Assembly (NCBI GenBank): GCA_951406725.2
Contig: OX597828.1
Location: 33,790,001-33,854,000 of the forward strand
Direction: 5' to 3'
DNA: 64,000 nucleotides
Source of the DNA: Octopus vulgaris
Taxonomy: Eukaryota
The position numbers and the translations under genes are program-made. Under the pieces are notes generated by a model. That model saw only the letters and a program-made list of their open reading frames with translations. It had not been told where the DNA came from and did no database searches. Below, one piece after another: positions 1 through 12,650 of this stretch (position 1 is its first letter; each line of letters begins with the position of its first letter).

Positions 1-333
1 CAATCAGGATAATGGTGCATTTAAAAAGGATGGGAGAGACAGTGGGAGGGAAGCGATGGGAGCAGGTGTGGGGGGGGAGGAAGAAGTGTGTATAAACAGG
101 AGATAAAGTAAAAGAATTTATGAGTAATTGGCTCAGCAGCTTTCTTTAGTTTTAAGTGCAGTCAAAAGCCAAACAACAACAACAACAACGACAACAACAA
201 AAATAGCATGGTTCATAGGAGATATTGAATCTTACCATTTACATCTTGTCGCTTTTGCAACATTAGAATTTAAAGTATCAGAACATTTTTCCATAGCTAT
301 ATTAAGCTGTTTCCTTTCACACACGAAACAGAA

Positions 334-364
<31 letters not shown>

Positions 365-382
365 CATACATACGTACGTACG

Positions 383-417
<35 letters not shown>

Positions 418-534
418 AAGTGTGTGTGTGTGTGTGTGTGTGTGTATAGGTGAAAACAAAGAAAGGGGAAGAATCACTATAGCAGAAGTACAGTTCCAGT
501 TTTTCTTTCAAAAATGACTGGCAAGTTAAAAATG

Positions 535-1440
535 GCTGGATCTCCGGAGTTGGGGGGAGGAGCGGGGTAGATGGATGAGTGGGTCGATGATGGAAGGATG
601 GGTGGATGGATAGGTAAAGGGATGGATGGATGGGCAGGTAGATAAGTGAGTGGGTGGACGGAGAGCTGGATGGGGAGAGTCGGTAACTGCGTGGGTAGAT
701 GGGTGGGTGAGGAAAGAAAAGATAGAAGGGGATTGATCGGTTTGATGGATGGAATTTTTGATGCATAGATAGCAAGATGGGTAGGTAACCAGGTGGATAG
801 AGTGGTGGATAAGAGGACGAATGGGTGGGTGGATGGATGGATGGGGAGGAAAGGTTAGAGGGTTGGTTGATTCGATGGGCAGACAGACAGACAGGCAGAC
901 TTATAGATGGATGGACAGACAGACAGACGGAGGATTAGATGAATGACTAACGGGATGAATCACTGCCTAGATGGTTTGATTGATGGGCAGATAAAAAAAT
1001 GGCTGACAGTCTGTCTGTCTGTCTGTCTGTCAGTCAGTCTGAGTGGGTGAGTGGAAGGATGGATGGATGGATGGATAGGTGAATGGGTGGCTCACCAGGT
1101 GGGTGGCTGGATGGATGGATGTGAAGATGGATGGATGGGCGAGGGAAGAGAGGAGGAGATAGAGGGCTGATTGGTTACATAGAAAGAGAATGTGAGAGAG
1201 TGAGAGAGAGAGTGAGAGAGTGAGAGAGAGTGAGAGAGTGAGAGAGAGTGTGTGTGAGAGAGAGAGTGTGAGAGATGGATGGACTGACAGACAGACAGAT
1301 TGATGGATAAGTGAGTAGCTGAATGAATCACTGGATAAATGATTTGATTGATAGATGGATAAATGGATGTTTGTATATCTGTCTGTCCGTCCATCCATTC
1401 ATCTGGATGGATGGAGGGCCAAGATGAATGGCTGGTTGGA
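535..1440. repeat. Degenerate purine-rich (GGAT)n/(GACA)n/(GA)n tract
   Basis: Low-complexity G/A-rich sequence. Confidence 0.75.
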
Positions 1441-1818
1441 AAAATGGCCGAGCTAGTTTACAAAACCAGTGCATCACATTGGAGAGATTTCATCCGTTTA
1501 TCATTTACATTGATTCAATTTTGTACATGAACAACATTTACAATTTAAATTTAGATATGAAATAATCTCACAATCAGATCAATATATTTAAGTGTTTTAG
1601 CGTAGAAAATTCAATCAAATAATGACAGTCAGTTAGCACTGTGGAAACCTTAGCGTGACCTCGCTGTGACCCGTGCTTTTTCAAAATGCTCTCAGAACAC
1701 CTAAAGTGATTCTAAAAGAAAAAGGACATTTTTCTCTACGTGTGTGTGTTGCTCCGGAGGTCACTGGAGATTTTCTGATCACTTCTGAAGGAAACAATAA
1801 CTATGGCTACCACTGTTG

Positions 1819-1862
<44 letters not shown>

Positions 1863-2536
1863 GTTATTACAAGCTCTTTTCTTGCTCCTCCTCCTTCTCC
1901 ACCTTCTTTCTTTGCTCCTCTCACAGCCCCTTGACAGCTATAGCTGTTACATGGTTTAAAAGGCTTTCAGTGGAAAGTGGAAAAGAAAACTCAAATGACT
2001 GAAGCGTTTAAGGGGATGTTTGTCCATAACGTATAAGAATGAGTGGAGTTGAAAGAGAGAAGGAAGGAAAAGAGGGAAAGAGGATGGAGAAAGACAGTAA
2101 CAAGGCTGAAACATAACAGCAACAATAGATACAGAGTGACTGTACAGAAAGAGAGTGAAGTAATGTGTGGCAAGGAGTGATATGAACTGTTAATGCTTCT
2201 CTTTTGAAATAAAAGCGAGACAAGTGAAATAAAATAGACAGAAGGACAGTGAGGGGTGTAGGAGAGTGGAAATAAAATTACTAACGACTGGAGAAGAGAA
2301 ATATGAAGGAACTGGAAGGGCCAGACTAGAGGTGGCACAAGACCAGCCTGCTCTGTAAAACAGAAGCTGTTATAGATGTGGTAGAAAGGGCAGAGAGGAG
2401 CGATGGCAGATTTGTTAAGCAGGTCTAAAGAAGACAAAGAGAGTGAAGTCTGAGGGAAATTTGGCTGTTGTTTCTTTTAGTAGGTCAAGCATTCCAACCA
2501 GTTGATACAGTTTTGTTCAATTAGAGTCAATCAGAA

Positions 2537-3008
2537 AACAGAACAATGACAATGACGACACAGAGGTGATGACAACACAACGATGATGACAACACAGAGG
2601 TGATGACAACACAACGATGACGACAACACAGAGGTGATGACAACACAACGATGATGACAACACAATGATGATGACAACACAACGATGACGACAACACAGA
2701 GGTGATGACAACACAACGATGACGACAACACAGAGGTGATGACAACACAACGATGATGACAACACAACGATGATGACAACACAGAGGTGATGACAACACA
2801 ACAATGATGACAACACAACGATGATGACAACACAATGATGACAACACAACGATGATGACAACACAACGATGATGACAACACAAGAATGATGGCAATACAA
2901 CGATAATAACACAATGATGATGACAACACAACAGCGATGACAACACAACATCGATGACAACACAACAGCGATGACAACACAACAATGATGACAACACAGT
3001 GATGATGA
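2537..3008. repeat. 17-20 bp minisatellite (GATGATGACAACACAAC / GAGGTGATGACAACACA variants)
   Basis: Direct tandem repeats. They explain the Cys/His/Val-rich pseudo-ORFs in all three minus frames. Confidence 0.9.
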
Positions 3009-3310
3009 GAGTGACGGCAGCAACAATAGAAACGATGATGACTACATCTAGAGACACTAAACCAGGCCTGGCCAACCGAAATTACGTTGCGGGCCACTTT
3101 AATCACAGAAAACCTTTTGAGCGCCGCTTGTATACTTTATGCACAAATAGTCAAATAATCACTGCTGACAGAATTAAAAGCATTTTTGCTTTCTCATGCT
3201 ATCATTACAATAATTATTACAATTAATACAATTATTACAAGAATGAAGGAATGAGCGTTGATTCAACATCAAATATTATTGTCACAAAAACAGTAGTATC
3301 TTCCTATTTT

Positions 3311-3697
3311 GTGGAGGCGCAATGGCCCAGTGGTTAGGGCAGCAGACTCGCGGTCATAGGATCGCCGTTTCGATTCCCAGACCGGGCGTTGTGAGTGTTT
3401 ATTGAGCGAAAACACCTAAAAAGCTCCACGAGGCTCCGGCAGGGGATGGTGGTGATCCCTGCTGTACTCTTTCACCACAACTTTCTCTCACTCTTACTTC
3501 CTGTTTCTGTTGTACCTGAATTTCAAGGGGCCGGCCTTGTCACTCTCTGTGTCACGCTGAATATCCCCGAGAACTACGTTAAGGGTGCACATGTCTGTGG
3601 AGTGCTCAGCTACTTACACGATAATTTCACAAGCAGGCTGTTCCGTTGATTCGAATCAACCGGAACCCTCATCGTCGTAACCGACGGAGTGCTTCCC
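3311..3697 (+). mobile_element. tRNA-derived SINE with 13-bp TSD
   Basis: A box tggcccagtgg and B box gtttcgattcc. TSD atcttcctatttt at 3298-3310 and 3698-3710. CpGs are retained, suggesting a young copy. Confidence 0.85.
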
Positions 3698-3989
3698 ATC
3701 TTCCTATTTTACTTTACATTACAATCTTCAACGTTTGATAAAAAATTTGTAAAATGCTTGTTTAAATAAAGTCATTTCAAGAAAGTATCAAGCGAACCAC
3801 AAGATAAAAGTCTGCAGGCCAACATGCAACCCGCGGGCCTCAAGTTGGCCAGCCCTGCACTAAACCATCTCAAGAACGAATGCCCATACTGAGCAAGTTG
3901 GGTTTCTGCATGATTCTTTTTACGGCAGTTCCTTCATTATTCTGGGGTCCTTTTTGCAATATCAGTGGAGATAAACGTTTGGCACTTAC

Positions 3990-4241
3990 CGATGTCTAGT
4001 TTCAACAACTGTGGATGAGAATGTTGTATTCCTTGGCAGTTGCAATGTATGCACCACAGCTTCATTTTCTTCCTCCAGATTCAGACTGTGTTCGGTTATC
4101 TCTGCTTCACAAGCTATGACAGTGCCATCGGTGAAGATGGTAAGGATCTTCTTGCTCTGTTCTAAATAATGAATGTTCAGTGGGCTGCACACTGGTTCGA
4201 CAGTCAACATTATCTGTTGGATACAGAGCAAACTCTCAGGG
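3990..4241 (-). CDS. LRRK1: LRRK1-like exon, WD40-like region (last confident exon in window)
   Basis: Acceptor ctcttctctatcattacag and donor gtaagt. (S)PESLLCIQQIMLTVEPVCSPLNIHYLEQSKKILTIFTDGTVIACEAE...STVVETRH. Its phase-2 start joins the 37178 exon in frame. 252 nt. Confidence 0.72.
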
Positions 4242-4440
4242 CTGTAATGATAGAGAAGAGAGGAAAAAATAGGGTTGTCAGGATGGAGATGGAAAAAGTG
4301 AGAAAGTGTCAGAGAGAGAAAGAGAGAGCAGAGGCATGAGAGAAAGACTAAAGGGAAGCAGAGGGGGTGGAGTGTGCAAGAAAAAGATAGTATAAGCAGT
4401 GAGAAATTGCTATAAAGCAAGACCAGAAAGTGTGTTAAAT

Positions 4441-4970
4441 ACATTATTTACATTATTTACATTCGATGGATATTTGTCCTCATCTTGTTTGTAATTAACA
4501 CAATGTTTCGGCTGAGATACTCTCCAGCCTTCATCTTGGGGAAATTTCGAACCTGGGTTCTCATTCATTAGGTGTTTTTCGATATTATTATTATCATTTT
4601 TATTGTTATTGATCAGGTCACTACTTGGAATCAAACTCAGTATCTTGGGGTTAGTAGCATGCACTCTTAACCATTACGCCATATGCCCGTGGTGTAGTGG
4701 TTAAGAGCACGGGCTACTAACCCCAAGATTCCAAGTTCTATTCCAAGCAGTGATCTGAACAACAACAATAATAATAATAATAATAATAACAATAACAATA
4801 TTGAAAAATAAATCAGGAATGAGAACCCAGGTTTGAAATTTTCTCAAGACACCGGAAGAAAGCTGGAGGGTATATCAGCCGAGACGTTGTGTTAACAACA
4901 AACAAGATGAGCACAAATATCCGTCGAATGTAAATAATGTAAATAATTCTTCATCTCTTAAATATAGAAG
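4441..4970. mobile_element. Head-to-head dimer of tRNA-headed, hammerhead-bearing Penelope-like element
   Basis: Minus arm about 4441-4690 and plus arm about 4690-4970. Each has A/B-box head, (AAT)n, decayed HHR and aatgtaaat tail. 12-bp TSD agtgtgttaaat at 4429-4440 and 4971-4982. Confidence 0.75.
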
Positions 4971-7541
4971 AGTGTGTTAAATGTTTTACAAATACATCTA
5001 TATTCTGTGCTTGTCCTTCTATCATACTTCAGCCTCTCGACACCTGGCATAAAGTCATCTCAACCCTGCTGCCACACACACACACACACTTGGTCAAGAG
5101 GGCTTTTTTCATTTTTTTGTTCTCTTTCCGTCTTGCAGGTTGCTTGGTGACCTCACTAGTGCTGGCGGCACATAAAAAGCACCTAATACACATTGTAAAA
5201 TGGTTGGTGTTAGGAAGGGCATTTGAAATGCAGGGACCATACTAAAGCTGACATTTGAGCTCAATGCAGCCCAGCAGCATGCTGGATCCTGTCAAGCCAT
5301 CAAATCCATACCAGATGATGATGATGATGATGATGAGGGTGGTGGTGGTGGTGATGACGATGATGGTGGTGATGGTGGTGGGGATGATGGGGTGATGCTG
5401 ATGATGATAATGATGATGAAATACATTTGCTCATACGTTCCAGTTAATTTTGAAAATAATCAAGCTTTCGGGGAGGTTTAGTAAAACAAGTTGTGCTTCA
5501 TCTTTATGTCTGCTTTTTCTATGCTGGCATCAGTTGGACAGAGACAGAGCCCTTCTTGACATCAAACCCTTGTTTGTTTCTTCAAGTAGAGCCCTTCTTG
5601 ACCCCAGAGGTTCCACACACCACATGCAAACTTTTGCATGGGACATTTTATTTACAGCAACATGAACAGGTATCACAACTGCCCAAGCAGTGTCAATTCC
5701 AACACAGAAACAACCTTTCAAACCTACAACCCACATATATACATAAGCATTAACTAACAGACATATAAGATGGGCTTCCATACAGTTTCCAACTTCTAGA
5801 CTTCATTCACAAGACATTAGACCAGTGTTTCTCAACCCTTTTTTCCCTATGAGGCCCCACTGATTCCTGTTTTACTCAGTTGAACCCCCACATTGATTCA
5901 ATGTTTTAAACCATCCAATTATATCATATTATAAGGGATTGTAAGGCAGTGAGCTGGCAGAGTCGTTAGCACGCTGGACAAAGTGCTTAGCAGTATTTCA
6001 CCTGTCACTCCATTCTGAGTTCAAATTCCACCAAGGTCCACTTTGTCCTCACCCATCAAAATTGCTGGCCTTGTGCCACAATTTGAAACAATTATTAAAT
6101 TGATTTGTTAGTTCATCTAATTACCTTGTACTCTGGATCACTATTTTGATCTGATTTTTGTTGCTTTTTTTGTTGTTTTTTTATAGGACATTTTTTTTAA
6201 TAGGACAACAGAAAAGAGATAGAAAAAAGAGAAAACAGGAAGGATGAAAGAAGAGAAAGAGAAAGAAATAGAAAACTCAGAATATGAAAGATGAAGGACA
6301 AGAGAAACAAAAAAAAATGCAGGAAGGGAGGAAAGAAGACAGGAAAGAAAAACAAAGAACAATAGGAAGAAAATTAAAAAAGAAAGAAACAATACAATCA
6401 AAACCAGAAGATGGTGCTCCAGCATGGCAGCAGTCCCATGAATGAAACAAGATAAGCAAAGGGAAATAATCCAAGTGCACCAATGGCAAAGCAGAAGTGT
6501 TAAGGCTGGTCCTGCTTGATGAAGAGGATTGGTGTGCAAGAGTTTTGTGCTGGTGCCACGTAAAAAAACATTCATGCCAGTGCCGCATGAGAGCCACCAG
6601 CACATTCTGCAAAGTGGTGGTCATTAGGAAGGGCTTCCAGCTGTAGAAACCATGCCAAATCAGGCTGGAGCCCAGTGCAGCTCTCCTGTTTGCCAGCTCT
6701 GGTCAAACCATCCAGATGATGATGTAAGGATGATGGTAGATAAAAACTGTTTCCATATACCAAATTCGCCCACAAAGAATTGGTCAGACCAGAGCCAGAG
6801 TAGAAGAAACTTGCCCAAGGTGCTGTGCAGTGAGATTGAACCCAAAACCTCATGGTTGCAAACCAATCTTCGTAAACACACAGCCATGCCTGTATTTATT
6901 ATACTGAAGCATAATTAAATGCTTAACACTTTCATGTCCATATATCAGTTGATCTATCAACACTGCTTAAGTTTCAGTTAATTTATTAAAATAATTAATA
7001 ATTTGGCGAGATTTACTAAAGTAACTAACTTCTTATTAAATTAATTAACTTTTGAGATTTTCAGCACAAAATAATATTAAATATTAAAAGTAGCAATTTG
7101 AAGCAGGAAAGAGAAATAGGCTGTCATTAGATCTGTTTATCTTTTCCATTTCACACTGATGCTTGTAACGTTTAACATTTCCATTAATTACAACAGGTTA
7201 GAAGCATAACATTAACCACGGATTCTTACATAAAACCATCACTTATTTAGTTCTATCGTTGAACTCTGGCCATGCTGGAGCACCATCCTGAAGGGTTTAG
7301 TTAAAAAAAAAACTATCAGCTCGAGTACACGTTTTAAGCCTGGTGCTTATTCTGTCAGTCTTTTTTGTTGAACTGCTAAGTTACCAAGCCATAGATAAAT
7401 GAACACTGGTTGTTAAGCAGAGGTGGGGGAACACACACACAAATACTAATAACTTGGTACAAGTAGAAAGATATATTTTTTCAACACATAAATACTGATA
7501 GAACAGCATATATATATATATATGTATGTATGTATGTATAA

Positions 7542-7998
7542 TCTCTCTATATATAAACGGCAGTTTGTCTGTCTGTGTATCTGTGTGTCTGTCAGGTTGT
7601 ACCCTCACCCTGACCACGGCTTTCAACCGATTCTGATGAAACTTGACACACACATAGTCCAATGTCATAATTCAAAACTAACGCAGCGAAAATTTTGAAA
7701 AGTTCCCCCAGTTCTGAAAAAGTCGATAAATTCGACATGGGGTCGAGAATCTAAGCTTTTTATATGCAACACATTTTCTGGGCTGTACATGGGCTGTTCA
7801 CGCGTTGGGAGGCGCAATGATGTTTTCACCCAAAGGGACAGCTATGCACATCGTATACACAGAAGTATTCGAGTGAAGAGAAGACATTGCAACCTACACA
7901 TGAGCCTTTGTTCCCTAGAGGGAAAGGACTAGATTGGGATTAGTCGTTGCCTACTAGGGGCTCTTACATACCCGGGCAACGCCGGGCTATGCTGCTAG
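7542..7998 (+). mobile_element. Non-autonomous Helitron
   Basis: 5' TC, internal (gtct)n, 3' hairpin cccgggcaacgccggg (7971-7986) then CTAG, inserted between A and T. Confidence 0.75.
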
Positions 7999-9033
7999 TT
8001 AATTAATAATATCAAAGGGTAATCATAAATATTAGAAATTTCCATCACCAGTGGCCTAGTGTGTAAAAATTTAGTCAAAAGACTATATATGATTCATACA
8101 AATACAGTGTACATTTAAACACATAAGAGGTATCCATCATAGGACACCTTGCACGCTAGAGAGGACAGTTAAATTCCAAACCACCATTAGGGATAAAATT
8201 TCAAAGGGAATGAAAAATAAAAACAGTTAGATGTTAAATGTTTTTATTTTTCATTCCCTTCGAATATATATATATATCATCATCATCATCATCATCATTT
8301 AACGTCCGTTTTCCATGCTAACATGGGTTGGACGGTTCAACCGGGGTCTGGGAAGCCAGGAGGCTGCACCAGGCTCCAGTCTGTTCTGGCAGTGTTCCTA
8401 CAGCTGGATGCCCTTCCTAATGCCAACCACTCCATGAGTGTAGTGGGTGTTTTTACATGTCACCAGCACAGGTGCCAGGTGAGGCTAGCAATGGCCACGA
8501 TCGGTTGGAGCTTTTTACATGCCACCGGCACAGAAGCCAGTCAAAGCGGCACTGGAATCAGCCACGTTAGGATGGTGCTTTTTACATGCCACCGGCATGG
8601 GTATCACAACTACAATTTCCATTTGATTTTTATTTTGATGTTGATGTACTTGACTCAATAGGTCTCATAGCATAAAATCCTTATAGCCAGCAACAAGCCA
8701 TAAGAATTGAACTCACATCCCTTTGATTTCCAGTGAAGTACTTTACCATTAAGCTAAACTGCTTACTGACAAATTCTTCTGCAATTTTAGACCTTATCAA
8801 GTCATCCAGAAATGCTAGATGTAAAATAAATTACATCATACGTACATAACTGGAAATCAAAGGGATGTGAGTTCAATTCTCATGGCTGGTTGCTGGCAGA
8901 TTTTTCTCCTCTCTAAAGATTTTATCCTATATATGCTGTTCTATCAGTACTTATGTGTTGAAACAATATATCTCTCTAATTGTGCTTCAATACATTTCAG
9001 CACCTCAAAAACAAACTTATGTTTGTTTACATA

Positions 9034-9440
9034 AGTGCAAGAGTGGCTGTGTGGTAAGTAGCTTGATTACCAACCACATGTTCCCCGATTCAGATCCACT
9101 GTATGGCACCTTGGACAAGTGCCTTCTACTATAGCCTCAGGCCAACCAAAGCCCTGTGAGTGAATTTGGTAGACGGAAACTGAAAGAAGCTCACCATATA
9201 TACGTGTGTGTGTGTGTGCATATGTACATGTATATTTGTGTGTGTGTGTGTGTGTCCCAACATCCCTTAACAACTGATGCTGGTGTGTTTATGTCCCCGT
9301 AACTTAGCAGTTCAGCAAAAGAGACCGATAGAATAAGTACTAGACGTACAAAGAATAAGTACTGGGGTTGATTTGCTCGACCAAAGGCGGTGCTCCAGTA
9401 TGGCCACAGTTAAATGCCTGAAGCCAGTAAAAACAGAAAA
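9034..9440 (+). mobile_element. tRNA-derived SINE, family A
   Basis: Head tggctgtgtggtaag, central (TG)n, tail ggtgctccag..tggccacagt...gtaaaa. Confidence 0.75.
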
Positions 9441-9648
9441 AAGCAATGCACTTATATTTGAGTGCTTGTGTATCACCTTATAACTTCATCAGATGGGATA
9501 CTTCATACTTTTGTAGACTACAAGTTTATTATTCTTAGACAAGAATGTTGTTGATAGTGACTTCAAAATTTTGGCCAGTTAAGATATTGTCAAGCAGTGA
9601 CTTAACTGGCTTGTTTATATATAAACAATCTTGTTTCTATATATATAT

Positions 9649-9814
9649 AGGCGCAGGAGTGGCTGTGTGGTAAGTAGCTTGCTAACCAACCACATGGTTC
9701 CGGGTTCAGTTCCACTGCGTGGCATCTTGGGCAAGTGCCTTCTGCTATAGCCCCCGGCCGACCAATGCCTTGTGAGAGGATTTGGTAGATGGAAACTGAA
9801 AGAAGCGTGTCGTA

Positions 9815-9865
<51 letters not shown>

Positions 9866-10078
9866 TTGTGTGTCTGTGTTTGTCTCCCTAGCATTGCTTG
9901 ACAACTGATGCTGGTGTGTTTACGTCCCCCGTCACTTAGTGGTTCGGCAAAAGAGACCGATAGAATAAGTACTGGGCTTACAAAGAATAAGTCCCGGGGT
10001 CGATTTGCTCGACTAAAGGCGGTGCTCCAGCATGGCCGCAGTCAAATGACTGAAACAAGTAAAAGAGTAAAAGAGTAT
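9649..10078 (+). mobile_element. tRNA-derived SINE, family A (near-consensus copy)
   Basis: ggcgcaggagtggctgtgtggtaag head, gggttcagt B-box-like motif, internal (TA)n(TG)n and (gtaaaaga)n tail. More than 10 copies occur in the window. Confidence 0.85.
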
Positions 10079-10769
10079 ATATATATATATATACACGCAC
10101 ACATATATACATACATACACTCATGTGTGTGTGTGTGTGTATTCGTTCTGTGTATTGAATCTGTGAGAGGTGGGTGAGAAACACCTTAAATTTCTGATAG
10201 CACAGTGTATAGATATTGAGTCGACCACATGTTCAGATTCTTTAAACCTCTCATCAGAAATTGTTTAATTCCACTGCCATGATGTCGAGATAAAAAAAAA
10301 GAAAAACACCTCATAATTATAAAGAAAATGTGTCTTGGATCTCAGGAGGATGTGCCAAATTTGCATATTAGTGTTATAGAAAATGCTTCTTAGCACTCAC
10401 AAACATAATCTTATAATCTTATAAAAATAAACACACACATACACACACACACTGTGAGAATTTCAAGAGCCAATATGAAAAAAAAAATTTTCTATGTTTA
10501 AAATGTACATACCCTTTCCTGTAGAATGGAACTCAGGAAATATCAAACTCATAGCAATTTCAAGAAGCAATGGATTAGAAGAATTAATACAGTGTGGACA
10601 AAATGTCTTGTAGAATTTAGCTATAGTTCTTTACACTGGGAGTTCAAATTCCATGCAAGTTAGTTTTGCTTTTGTTCCTTCCAAGACAGTGAAATAAAAG
10701 TACAGCTATGTACTTTACTAAGTGGCAAACATTTATTTTAGCCTGACAAGTGAAAATATTAATCTTATC

Positions 10770-11191
10770 TTTTACATATTACTTGTTTCAGTGATTAGGT
10801 GATTAGACTGTGGCCATGTTGGAGCACCACTTTGAAGAGTTTGATTCTAACAGATCAATCCCAGAGCTAACTTTTTTTAAATCTAGTACTTATTCTATCA
10901 GTCTCTTTTGCTGAAGTGCTAGGTTACAGGGACATAAATCATTAATAGTTGTCAAGTGGAGGGGGAGACAAGCACAAACACAGACATACACAGTCACATA
11001 CAAACATATACACATGCATGCATACATACATACACACATACATATACACAATTTTACACAGTTCCTATCTAGCACTGGCTGGCATAGAGCTACAGTGGAA
11101 GACACTTGTCCAAGCTGCTGTGTATTGGGACTGAACTCAAAACCACATGGTTGAAACACAAGCTTTTTAGCCACACACCCAAACCTGTGCC
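10770..11191 (-). mobile_element. SINE family A, diverged
   Basis: Reverse-complement similarity to 9649-10078. Confidence 0.65.
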
Positions 11192-12429
11192 TTTTGCTGT
11201 TTAATGCTGTTAAAGGAACATCACTTACATGGGATTTAGCTTTAGTAAATACTTATTAAAAAGTGATTTATAACATGATAAAGATGGTTTTCAAAGTCTA
11301 TTGCATGTCACCTAAAAACTTCAGGTCCATCACCTAAAAGGCTGTGGCATTTTACAGCATCGAGAGAACATTAATCTTGTATCAGCAGAGACACGACTAC
11401 CTCTTCAATGCTGGTGCCTTGAAGAAATGTGCCCTGTACACTTTAAAGGAGTTGGTAGATGTACAGAGACATCATAGAGGTTCAAGAGGACTTTTATAGT
11501 CTTGTTGAAGATATGACAACCTGTTTAATATTGGTGCCATACAAATGTGCACTGAGTACAGACTATAGAATGGTTGGCATTAGGAAAGGCATCTAGCAGT
11601 ACTAACGATGTGAAATGAAAATAGACAAAAGAGGTGTGGGCCCATGGCTATGATTGGGAGAGAAGTAACCCAAACTAGAACCAATAAAGATCATAACAAA
11701 TCCAACATATAGCAATGATGGCAAACCCATGACATACATATTATAGTTTCACCATCACAGCAATAAATCATTGTAGAAGAGAATGAAACCATAATATAAA
11801 GTTAAGAAGGCCATGATTCTTTTGAACCCACTTAAGAAATTATTAAACTTCTGTCTCCATGGAGCCAAGAAGAAACAGCTCATAATTACAGAGAAAATGT
11901 GTCTCAGATCTCACAGGAGAATGCACTAATTTGCATATTTCTGCTAGTTTGATGTCAAGAAACTACTTGGACACGAGCGCAGTGTGATCGTTTCAGTAAT
12001 TCCTGTACATGAAGAATTGTTAATTAACCCTTTTGATATTAATCTGCTTGACATTGCCCTTGGTTCTATAATACCAAACCAAGCTTTCTTCAAAGCGTTT
12101 CTATCAAAGTAAAATCCTTCAGTCATAATTTTATGTAAGATCATTGTGTTTCGTGTTTCATAAACTGATTTAATAAGGGAAAAGTTGGAGTAAAGATTGT
12201 TTGCCAACATAACATGGCTGTCATGGTTTAGGACGAATGTTGCTGTAATTTAGCCCCAGGACTGCCATGTTATGTTGGCAAACAATCTTTACTCCAAAGT
12301 ACTGTTGTCGAATATCTCTTGTGAGATTTACAAATAGTAATTTTCTAAGGAAAAAGTTGTCCTTACAAATTCTGAAATTGTTCCCACACTTTTTCCATAT
12401 GAAGAATAGGAAACAGCCTACAGTTCTAA

Positions 12430-12650
12430 ATACTGAAAGTTGATACAAGACACAAAAGAAAAGTATCACTGTGGGTGTAAAATTGCAAATATTGAGATGA
12501 TTGAAAGCTGGTGAACATAGGGGTGGGTGGGTAGATAAGTCTTGAAACTTGGTTATGTCATCAATCAGAACCATCATGGAGAGCAACATGTCCAAAATGT
12601 CAAGAATGAGCTTGAAAACCCTACAATAATACCAGGAAGATGACATATGA
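12430..12650 (+). mobile_element. Tigger/pogo N-terminal remnant
   Basis: Plus strand reads KKSITVGVKLQILR*LKAGE...NLVMSSIRTIM, a decayed psq/CENP-B HTH start. Confidence 0.5.

Noticed and set aside
236-313. Possible next LRRK exon (KQLNIAMEKCSDTLNSNVAKATRCK, donor gtaaga)
   Set aside because: It is phase-compatible, but the acceptor is weak (tgaaag) and the peptide shows no WD40/LRRK resemblance.
2537-3008. CRISPR-like regular repeats
   Set aside because: No unique spacers, eukaryotic context and no cas genes.
2517-3106. Cys/His-rich 169-191 aa ORFs resembling metallothionein or keratin-associated proteins
   Set aside because: They are open in all three minus frames because of a 17-20 bp minisatellite, with no splice or codon evidence.
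3311-3390. Possible tRNA gene
   Set aside because: It has A/B boxes but no complete cloverleaf. It continues into a SINE body bounded by a TSD.
11944-12646. Two minus-strand ORFs of 88 and 141 aa
   Set aside because: They overlap a piggyBac-like MITE start, a hairpin and the antisense of a Tigger remnant, with no recognisable protein.
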